A stretch of DNA of 24,736 bases from an uncultured Lentisphaerales bacterium (GTDB lineage: Bacteria > Verrucomicrobiota > Lentisphaeria > JABSQK01 > UBA12247): contig CALSSJ010000048.1 in the NCBI GenBank assembly GCA_943788985.1, positions 1-24,736 of the forward strand. Reading direction: 5' to 3'. The notes beneath the pieces were generated by a model. The model searched no databases and was not told the DNA's origin. It saw only the letters and a program-made list of their open reading frames with translations. A program made the translations under genes and the position numbers. Below, piece by piece: positions 17,841-24,736 of this stretch (within the stretch, counting starts at the first letter, position 1; each line of letters starts with the position of its first letter).

Positions 17841-17874
17841 TCAGAAAATGATATAAATAAGTGTCATTAACTGA
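17841..17874. promoter_or_regulatory. AT-rich imperfect dyad; candidate regulator (bEBP/IHF) site
   Basis: TCAG-aa-AATGATA-taaataag-TGTCATT-aa-CTGA lies in the divergent intergenic region, 45-80 bp upstream of the -24 element. Confidence 0.35.
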
Positions 17875-17953
17875 TGTATCTGCTTGAGCCGGTCCTATTG
17901 GACTTTGAGCTGAGGCAGGTACGGTACGGATTTTGGAAAGGATCGCAGCGAAT

Positions 17954-18751
17954 ATGGCGTACGATGAAAAGAACATTCGGCTGGGGATGACGGGGTTTGG
18001 GCAACTGTTGTTGCTGAATGTCCTATTCTTCGTCTTGGTTCACCTGAGTCAATGGGAAGATGCGGACGGGCGGATGCACAGCCTTCGAGAGTGGCTGGGG
18101 CTTATTCCGGACCGGGCATTTACGCAGCCCTGGCGCTGGTTCACGTACATGTTTGTGCACGCGGACTTCGGGCATTTCATTTTCAACATGTGGGGCATGA
18201 TGATCTTCGGGCCGATTCTGGAGCGAGCGGTGGGGCGATCTCGCGTGCTGAGCGCGTATTTGATCTGCGGGCTGCTTGGCGCGGCCATCTGGTATGTGTT
18301 CAACATGAAGTCCTATGCGAATCTGATGGGGGCAAGTGCGGCAGTGGTCGGCTATCTGGTGGCTGCCGCTGTGCTGTTCCCGGATGAACGCATGCGCTTG
18401 CTGTTTCCACCAATCGACGTCTCTCTGAAGACACTGGCCATCGTGTTTGTAGGCATTGATGTGTTGATGCTGTTCAATACGGGCGGCCGCGTCGCGCATC
18501 TGGCGCATCTTGGCGGCGCTGTGGGGGGGCTGCTGATGTTTCGCAGCGTTCTGCTCCAGCGAGCATCGCAGGCGAGCCGACGTAGGAAGTTTGCGCCGAA
18601 GTCGTTGCATGTGTGCGCCACCTGCGGCGTGACCGATGCCAAGAATCCGCAGCTGGATTTTCGGGTCTGTTCTTCCTGTGCAGGCAGCGAAGAATACTGC
18701 GAGGCACATCTCAGAAGTCACGAGCACACCTTAGAGAAGACCGATGGTTGA
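17954..18751 (+). CDS. Rhomboid intramembrane serine protease with C-terminal Cys/His zinc-binding domain
   Basis: QPWRWFTYMFVHADFGHFIFNM, catalytic GASA and AHLAHLGG; C-terminal CATC...CSSC...EYCEAHLRSHEH. Confidence 0.9.
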   Translation: MAYDEKNIRLGMTGFGQLLLLNVLFFVLVHLSQWEDADGRMHSLREWLGLIPDRAFTQPWRWFTYMFVHADFGHFIFNMWGMMIFGPILERAVGRSRVLSAYLICGLLGAAIWYVFNMKSYANLMGASAAVVGYLVAAAVLFPDERMRLLFPPIDVSLKTLAIVFVGIDVLMLFNTGGRVAHLAHLGGAVGGLLMFRSVLLQRASQASRRRKFAPKSLHVCATCGVTDAKNPQLDFRVCSSCAGSEEYCEAHLRSHEHTLEKTDG

Positions 18752-19337
18752 GGAAGTTCTGAACTACTGGTTTGGGGCGACGCTGTCTGCTGTTGAGGTG
18801 AATGCCCAGAAGCGGGCACTTTGGTGGGGCAAGGCCGAGGAGAGTGACCGGGAGATTCGCACGCGGTTTGGTGCGTGTCAGGATGAAGCGGCTGCCGGCG
18901 GGCTCGTCGATTGGGAGGCAGAGCCTCGGAGCCTACTGGCTCTCATTCTCGTGCTTGATCAGTTTTCGCGCGTGATTCATCGCGGGAATCCTGCCGGTCT
19001 GGCGTGCGACGCGCGCGCTCTGTTGCTCGCGAAGCAGGCTATTCGAATCGATTTTTCCGGCCGACTGCGCCCGATCGAGCGCATCTTCCTGTATCTGCCA
19101 CTGGAGCATTCGGAGAGCTTGGCGGATCAACAGGAATGTGTGGCACTGTTCGAGACGCTGCTGGCGGAAGCGCCCGCGGCGGACCGAGCAGTGTTTGAAG
19201 GCAGCTATCGCTTCGCGATTGCGCATTTGGAAATCGTGGCTCGCTTCCAGCGGTTTCCACACCGCAATGAGGTGCTCGGCCGTACCTCGACGCCCGCCGA
19301 GGTGGAGTTTTTGAAGGAGCCCAACTCGGGCTTCTGA
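18744..19337 (+). CDS. DUF924 family protein
   Basis: EVLNYWFG, LALILVLDQFSRVIHRG, FLYLPLEHSESLADQ and ARFQRFPHRNEVLGRTSTPAEVEFL. Confidence 0.92.
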   Translation: MVEEVLNYWFGATLSAVEVNAQKRALWWGKAEESDREIRTRFGACQDEAAAGGLVDWEAEPRSLLALILVLDQFSRVIHRGNPAGLACDARALLLAKQAIRIDFSGRLRPIERIFLYLPLEHSESLADQQECVALFETLLAEAPAADRAVFEGSYRFAIAHLEIVARFQRFPHRNEVLGRTSTPAEVEFLKEPNSGF

Positions 19338-19354
19338 GCTGAGCAGGACTGCGC

Positions 19355-22300
19355 GTGTACTGTCCCCTCTGGGTCAAGAGTAACTTCTCATTTCTCGAGG
19401 GCGCAAGTCACCCGGAAGAGCTGATTTCTGCGGCCGCAGAAGCTGGCGTGCCAGCGCTGGCGCTTACAGATCGGAGCGGATTCTACGGCTCCGTTCGGGC
19501 CCATGTGCAGGCCCGAGAAACTGGCGTGCGCCTGATCCATGGGGTTGAGTTGATCACCGAAGACGGGCTCTCGCTGGTGCTCTTGGTCAGGAATCGACTT
19601 GGCTATTCTGGGCTTTGTCGTGTGCTCTCCCAGGCTCATCTGCGCTCAAGCACCAGAGGGACGTGCTTAGTTCGCAAAGTGGAGCTGTGGGCGAATGCGC
19701 CCGGACTCATCGCAATCGTGCTGCCGCGTGGGCGGTGGGCGCGGGAAACACGGGACTTGGACGTAGGCTGGCATCGTGCGTTTGGGCGGCATCTCTACAG
19801 CATGGTCGTGCGCCACGCGCGGGCTGACGACCACCTGCTAGAACGCATTGTGCGCGGAAATGCGAACTCCGCAAACCTGCAGATTGTGGCGGGAGTGGAG
19901 ATCTTGTACCACCAGCCAACGCGCCAGCCCCTGCAAGATGTGATGACAGCCATCAGGCATGGGACCACATTGGCCAAGGCGGGGACGCTGCTGCGGGAGA
20001 ATAATACGCATGGGCTGCCTGCGCCCGCGGAGTTTCTCGCACTGTTCGAGGACGATGTCGAGGCCGTAGAGCGGACGCTGCGAATCGCCGCCGATTGCGA
20101 GTTTGACCTTGGCGAGCTGCGGTATCGCTATCCGTCCGAGCGTCTTCCGGATGGGCGGACCACCTCGGAGCGATTGCACGATTGTACCTGGGAAGGGGCA
20201 GATCGCCGCTATCCGGATGGGGTGCCAGATGATGTGGAAAGCCAGCTGCAACTCGAGCTGAAACTCATCGATGAGCTCGACTACTGCGGGTACTTCATGA
20301 CCATGTGGGAGCTCGTGCAGTTTTGTAAGCGCAAGGATATCCTCTGCCAGGGGAGGGGATCGGCAGCGAACTCCGCAGTCTGCTACTGCCTCGGGATTAC
20401 GGCTGTGGATCCGTTACGAATGGGGCTGCTGTTTGAGCGCTTCCTGTCTCGCGAGCGAGCTGAGCCGCCGGATATCGACTTGGATATCGAGCATGAGCGG
20501 CGCGAGGAGGTGATTCAGTACGTCTATCAGCACTATGGGCGAGATCATGCGGCCATGGTGGCCACGGTGATCTCCTACCGGAGCCGATCGGCAACGCGCG
20601 AAGTGGCCAAGGCGCTGGGGCTGTCGGATGAAACCATCGAGGCTCTGGCTCGAAGTCAGGATCAGTCTGGAGATGACGGAACGACAGAGGAGGAGCGGGA
20701 CGCGGTACGCGGGCTTTTGATTCCACTCCGCGATGAGATTCTGGGCTTTCCGCGGCACCTTTCGGTTCACCCGGGCGGCTTTCTGCTGGGCCAGGAGCGT
20801 ATCGACGCGCTGGTGCCGATCGAGAATGGGGCGATGGCCGACCGCACGGTGATCCAATGGGATAAGGACGATGTGGAGGCGCTGGGGCTGTTCAAGGTGG
20901 ATCTGCTGGGGCTCGGCGCGCTCAGCATGCTGCACCGGACTTTTGAGCTAGTCCGTGAGCACTATGGGCGGTTTTTGACTATGGCGACGATCCCGCCAGC
21001 TGATGAGGCTGTCTATCGGATGCTATGGAAGGCGGATACGGTCGGCCTGTTTCAAGTCGAGAGCCGTGCTCAGATGGCAATGCTGCCGCGCACCAAACCG
21101 CGCAACTATTACGACTTGGTGATTCAGATCAGCATCATTCGCCCTGGGCCGATTGTGGGTGGCATGGTGCATCCCTACTTACGCCGCCGTGACGGCGAGG
21201 AGGCGATCGAGTACCCGCATCCCGCCTTGGAGCCGATTCTGCGCCGGACGTTGGGGATTCCGCTGTTTCAGGAGCAAATCATGCGTCTGGCCATGGTCGC
21301 GGCCGATTACACGCCAGGAGAGGCAGATCAGCTGCGGCGTGATATGGCGGCTTGGAAAAAGGCCGGACGGCTTGAAGCACATCGGGAGCGTCTGATCGGC
21401 CGCATGGTTGCAAAGGGGGTTGCACAGGAATTCGCCGAGCGGGTGTTTCAGCAGATCTCTGGATTTGGTGAGTACGGGTTTCCTGAGAGCCACGCCGCCA
21501 GCTTTGCGTTGATCGCTTATGCCACAGCCTGGATGAAGTGGCATTATCGCACGGCGTTTACCGCTGCCTTGCTGAATTCGCAGCCAATGGGCTTTTACTC
21601 CGTGGCCACGATTGTGGACGATGCCAAGCGCCACGGCGTGGTAGTTCACCCGCCAGACGTGCTCAAAAGCGATTGGGACTGTCTGTTGGAGCCGCACGCA
21701 GACGACTTTTCGCTGCGCATGGGCATTCGCTATGTGAAGGGGATTGCGAAGGGCCAGTGGCAGCAGATCGCTCGCGTCTGCGAGGGCACAGCCCCGGCAT
21801 CGATCGAGGAGCTGTCGCGCCGGTCCGGGCAGGGGCCGGCGGTGATGAGCAAGCTTGCCGAGGCCGGGGCCTTGCGCGGCCTGCAGGCAGATCGCCGTAC
21901 GGCTCTCTGGCAGGCTCACGCACCCGCGGCACCGGTCGATCAGTTAGCACTGGAGGCAGAAGAGTCTGTGCTAGAGTGGGAGGATCTCGACCGCTTCGAT
22001 GAGATTAGTTGGGATTACGACAGCAGCGGCTACAGCGCGGTCGACCACCCGCTGGCCCCCATGCGCGATCGTTTAGCCGGTAAGGGCTTACCTACCGCCG
22101 CGGAAGTTTGGGGAACCGCCGATGGTACCCAAGTTTCCTTTGCCGGGCTGGTGATTTGCCGCCAGCGTCCGGGCACTGCCTCCGGCGTCCTCTTTATCAC
22201 CCTTGAAGACGAGACCGGATTTGTAAACCTGATTCTCTGGCCGAAAGTATTCGAGAAGAACCGGCAGCTCGCACGCACGGCCTCACTCCTCGGGGTAACT

Positions 22301-22417
22301 GGGAAGCTTCAGGCAGAGAATGGCGTGGTACACCTGATCGCAGAAAGATTGTGGGTGCCACGCATTCCGAAGCAGCCGGAACGCCGTTCGCCCAGGTGGG
22401 GGACTGGCCGACCGTGA
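19355..22417 (+). CDS. dnaE2: Error-prone DNA polymerase (C-family, DnaE2/ImuC)
   Basis: SNFSFLEGASHPEEL (degenerate PHP domain), QGRGSAANSAVCYCLGIT, EPPDIDLDIEHERREEVIQY, FKVDLLGLG, YGFPESHAASFA and the OB-fold RQRPGTASGVLFITLEDETG. Confidence 0.95.
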   Translation: MYCPLWVKSNFSFLEGASHPEELISAAAEAGVPALALTDRSGFYGSVRAHVQARETGVRLIHGVELITEDGLSLVLLVRNRLGYSGLCRVLSQAHLRSSTRGTCLVRKVELWANAPGLIAIVLPRGRWARETRDLDVGWHRAFGRHLYSMVVRHARADDHLLERIVRGNANSANLQIVAGVEILYHQPTRQPLQDVMTAIRHGTTLAKAGTLLRENNTHGLPAPAEFLALFEDDVEAVERTLRIAADCEFDLGELRYRYPSERLPDGRTTSERLHDCTWEGADRRYPDGVPDDVESQLQLELKLIDELDYCGYFMTMWELVQFCKRKDILCQGRGSAANSAVCYCLGITAVDPLRMGLLFERFLSRERAEPPDIDLDIEHERREEVIQYVYQHYGRDHAAMVATVISYRSRSATREVAKALGLSDETIEALARSQDQSGDDGTTEEERDAVRGLLIPLRDEILGFPRHLSVHPGGFLLGQERIDALVPIENGAMADRTVIQWDKDDVEALGLFKVDLLGLGALSMLHRTFELVREHYGRFLTMATIPPADEAVYRMLWKADTVGLFQVESRAQMAMLPRTKPRNYYDLVIQISIIRPGPIVGGMVHPYLRRRDGEEAIEYPHPALEPILRRTLGIPLFQEQIMRLAMVAADYTPGEADQLRRDMAAWKKAGRLEAHRERLIGRMVAKGVAQEFAERVFQQISGFGEYGFPESHAASFALIAYATAWMKWHYRTAFTAALLNSQPMGFYSVATIVDDAKRHGVVVHPPDVLKSDWDCLLEPHADDFSLRMGIRYVKGIAKGQWQQIARVCEGTAPASIEELSRRSGQGPAVMSKLAEAGALRGLQADRRTALWQAHAPAAPVDQLALEAEESVLEWEDLDRFDEISWDYDSSGYSAVDHPLAPMRDRLAGKGLPTAAEVWGTADGTQVSFAGLVICRQRPGTASGVLFITLEDETGFVNLILWPKVFEKNRQLARTASLLGVTGKLQAENGVVHLIAERLWVPRIPKQPERRSPRWGTGRP

Positions 22418-22443
22418 GTGTGTAGGAAAGCAAAGAAATATTG

Positions 22444-22471
22444 GGAACCTTTGAATAACGCCACTGTCTCA
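22444..22471 (+). promoter_or_regulatory. ECF (sigmaE-type) promoter, probably autoregulatory
   Basis: GGAACCT-N16-TCTCA, close to the sigmaE consensus GAACTT-N16-TCTRA, ~67 bp upstream of the ECF sigma gene. Confidence 0.6.
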
Positions 22472-22538
22472 TCCGTCCGAACCAGCATGGCCACCGGCAA
22501 GATCGGTGAGAATCTGGTAAGAAAAAGGAGAATGACCT

Positions 22539-23234
22539 GTGAAAACTGAGACCTTCGCACATACTAAAAAGCAGGACGCATCGGCAACCTCGACTTGGGG
22601 GGCAGCAGATGCGGTTGAGTTTGACACCACACCTGCAGTCGAGTCGATGCCCGCTTACGAATCTCTGTCTGATACTGAACTGATTAGGTTGATTAAAACC
22701 GAAGATGAGTTTGCCTGGGAGAGCTTGATGACCCGGCACTCGTCCAAAGCATTCCAGATTGCCTACGGCATTCTCGGGCAGTGGAACGACGCGGAGGAAG
22801 TCGCGCAGGATGCCTTCGTTCGCGTCTACCGCGCCCTCGACGGCTTCCGCGGTGATGCCCAGTTTTCCACTTGGTTCTACCGCATCGTGGTCAATCAGGC
22901 GCGCAACAAGTACCGCTGGAACAAGCGCCGGCACGTTGCCAAGCACTACAGCATTAACGAAGAGCTGGACCCGAATGGTACCGGTGCCATGGCCCGTGAT
23001 CTTCCGGATAAGAGCAAAGGGCCGGCTGAACAGCTGATGTTCCGCGAGTGGGAAAGCGAAGTGGCCCAGGAAATGTCCGCACTGCCGAGCGTAAATCGCG
23101 AAGCGCTTGTGCTCCGGAACGTGCACAATTTTTCTTACGAGCAAATCGCTGAGGTGCTGGGCTGCAAGCTGGGGACTGTGAAGTCCCGTATTGCCCGGGC
23201 TCGCGATGAATTAAGAAAACGAGTCGGGATCTGA
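22539..23234 (+). CDS. ECF sigma-70 family factor (RpoE/SigW-like)
   Basis: Region 2 DAEEVAQDAFVRVYRALDGFRGDAQFSTWFYRIVVN and region 4 SYEQIAEVLGCKLGTVKSRIARAR; AGGAG RBS before GTG. Confidence 0.93.
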   Translation: MKTETFAHTKKQDASATSTWGAADAVEFDTTPAVESMPAYESLSDTELIRLIKTEDEFAWESLMTRHSSKAFQIAYGILGQWNDAEEVAQDAFVRVYRALDGFRGDAQFSTWFYRIVVNQARNKYRWNKRRHVAKHYSINEELDPNGTGAMARDLPDKSKGPAEQLMFREWESEVAQEMSALPSVNREALVLRNVHNFSYEQIAEVLGCKLGTVKSRIARARDELRKRVGI

Positions 23235-23259
23235 CTGAACGATCGATGAGAGCACACGC

Positions 23260-24171
23260 ATGAGTCGAGCAGAACGCGGAAGCTGTCCGCCCTTTGAAGA
23301 ACTGAGCGCCTGGCATGATGGTGAGTCGGCGAAGGAATTGATCGACCGACATCTGGGAAGCTGTCCGGAATGTTCGGAGACGCTCGATCAGCTTACTGCC
23401 TTGGATAAGGAGCTCCCTCCGGAGGCTGATGCGGCCACGTTGGCGCGGATCCGCTTGGGCACACAGACTCGGCTGAAAACGGAGCCTGAGCTCGTGGCGC
23501 TGCCACTGCCAAAGGCCCCGCCGCTCTTTTCGCTTGCGTTGCTGGTGCGGCTGGCCGCCGTGGTGGCGCTAGGCATTCTCATCTTTCAGCTGAATCGTAA
23601 TCTGGGGGTCGCCGAGACCCAGCTGACAAAGCACCTTGAGATTGTCCCCCAGATCAACACCCCGCTCTCAGAGCCATCAGCGACTTTTATTGCGAACTCC
23701 GCAGCTGCTTCCGAAGAGCCCGTTGTCGAAGTGTTTCCCCCTGCCGCAGGCGTGCCTAAACGATCGGGGACATTGCACTCAGCGGTCGGCGTCCAGTTTG
23801 CCAGTTCGAACGGTCTCCGCGCCGGTGCGACGGCGGGCGCGATGCTGCCGGAGCAGGCGTCGGGTGTCGCGTTCCGCGTTCAACACCTCTGGGTGTCGGA
23901 CAATGCGGCGACGACCTTGGCAAAACTGGGCACCTTGCTGCCGCGGGAGCAAGACCGCGCTGCTATTGCCGCAGCGGCAACTATCGAGAAGGACCAGTAC
24001 AGCCTCAGGTTTGTCGCATCCGATCGTGAGCTGCAGGAAATCGTCAATACGCTGTCCGAGTCCGGTGCCAGCTTATTTTCTCCGGGAGCACCGCAGCCCG
24101 GCGGCGATCCCACCGGGCAGACGCTTACTGGGCGCTCCGTGCTATATCAGGTCGACTTCGTCCGGCGCTAA
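23260..24171 (+). CDS. Zinc-binding (ZAS/zf-HC2) transmembrane anti-sigma factor
   Basis: EELSAWHDGE...HLGSCPEC (HxxxCxxC), a single TM helix (LLVRLAAVVALGILIF) and an extracytoplasmic C-terminal domain; directly downstream of the ECF sigma gene. Confidence 0.85.
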   Translation: MSRAERGSCPPFEELSAWHDGESAKELIDRHLGSCPECSETLDQLTALDKELPPEADAATLARIRLGTQTRLKTEPELVALPLPKAPPLFSLALLVRLAAVVALGILIFQLNRNLGVAETQLTKHLEIVPQINTPLSEPSATFIANSAAASEEPVVEVFPPAAGVPKRSGTLHSAVGVQFASSNGLRAGATAGAMLPEQASGVAFRVQHLWVSDNAATTLAKLGTLLPREQDRAAIAAAATIEKDQYSLRFVASDRELQEIVNTLSESGASLFSPGAPQPGGDPTGQTLTGRSVLYQVDFVRR

Positions 24172-24174
24172 CGC

Positions 24175-24736
24175 TTACGCGCTTATTTGTAGCGAGAGGG
24201 TGACGGTCGGGCTGTCTTTGTAGCCGATTCGGCAGGCTCGTGCCTCGATCGTTACTGGGCCAGGCTCATTGAGGCGAATCAGGCCCGCGTAGAGCCGCCA
24301 GTGTGGCTCGTCCCCTAGCCGATACTCGACGCTTGCACCTTCCATGCCTGCGTGGAGTTGGATCGCCGCTGGCACAACCAGAGTCATGCCGTTCTCCGCC
24401 TGGTCCATTCCGCCACGGGACGGATCGAGTGCGACAAAAAGCGGAGCACCAACTTCTGGCACCCCGTTCGGATACCAGCGGTTGACCATCTCCCACTCCG
24501 ATATCTCTCCCAGATCGCCGACCTCGTTCAACCAGTCATCACACTCCTTACTCAGGCGTGCGAGCGTGGCTGCGTGGTTTGCGGAGTTCGCAAGGTTTCG
24601 GGTCTCATGCGGATCGTTCCGGGTATCATAGAGCTCTTCCGCAGGGCGGGATGGGGCAAACAGCAGCGCCTGCTCTGGCGTCAGGGCGTCTTCCAGGTGA
24701 AGTCGCTGTAGCTCTTCGTGAATCGGATGACGGTTC
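24175..24736 (-). CDS. Sulfatase family protein, C-terminal part with an FN3/chitobiase-like beta domain (5' end outside the window)
   Basis: The frame is open from the window edge: NRHPIHEELQRLHLEDALTPEQALLFAPSRPAEELYDTRNDPHETRNLA...WLNEVGDLG, then EGASVEYRL...WRLY...IEARACRIGYKDS. Confidence 0.8.
   Translation of the reverse strand, partial: NRHPIHEELQRLHLEDALTPEQALLFAPSRPAEELYDTRNDPHETRNLANSANHAATLARLSKECDDWLNEVGDLGEISEWEMVNRWYPNGVPEVGAPLFVALDPSRGGMDQAENGMTLVVPAAIQLHAGMEGASVEYRLGDEPHWRLYAGLIRLNEPGPVTIEARACRIGYKDSPTVTLSLQISA

Noticed and set aside
17828..17842. Second sigma-54 promoter on the plus strand (TGGCAC) toward the rhomboid
   Set aside because: No GC at the -12 position (it reads GG-N10-TC).
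17743..17976. N-terminal extension of the 179-aa ORF 17437-17976
   Set aside because: It spans the promoter region and overlaps the rhomboid start. The RBS and sigma-54 promoter point to ATG 17742.
22197..23144. Long antisense ORFs (315 aa here; also 21179-21919, 18023-18727, 16354-17022, 11515-12243)
   Set aside because: Shadow ORFs opposite well-supported genes, as expected in GC-rich DNA.

Overview
GC-rich bacterial chromosomal window; a PVC-group organism (e.g. Lentisphaerae-like) is my impression only. Left to right: a partial SRPBCC/AHSA1 gene (-); an apparent rpoN - ArnT/PMT-like glycosyltransferase - PAP2 phosphatase operon (+); the bacterial alpha-2-macroglobulin - pbpC pair (-), preceded by a highly structured ~200-nt leader ending in an intrinsic-terminator-like hairpin; a ribbon-helix-helix/MazF(PemK) type II toxin-antitoxin module bracketed by three GTAG-type REP-like repeats; a decayed TMTC-like glycosyltransferase/TPR pseudogene; acetyl-CoA synthetase; a sigma-54-promoter-driven pair of small unknown genes, one resembling a catalytically degenerate HNH zinc-binding protein; a rhomboid(+Zn finger) - DUF924 - dnaE2 cluster without imuA/imuB; an ECF sigma/zinc anti-sigma pair with a sigmaE-type promoter; and the 3' end of a sulfatase. 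Five single-base frameshifts cluster in the first 3.3 kb and look like sequencing/assembly errors. Best candidates for undescribed biology: the structured leader/ncRNA in front of the A2M operon, the REP-bracketed TA module, the sigma-54 two-gene unit, and an orphan DnaE2 lacking its C-terminal SRDF motif. All assignments come from reading motifs by eye; no searches or folding programs were run.
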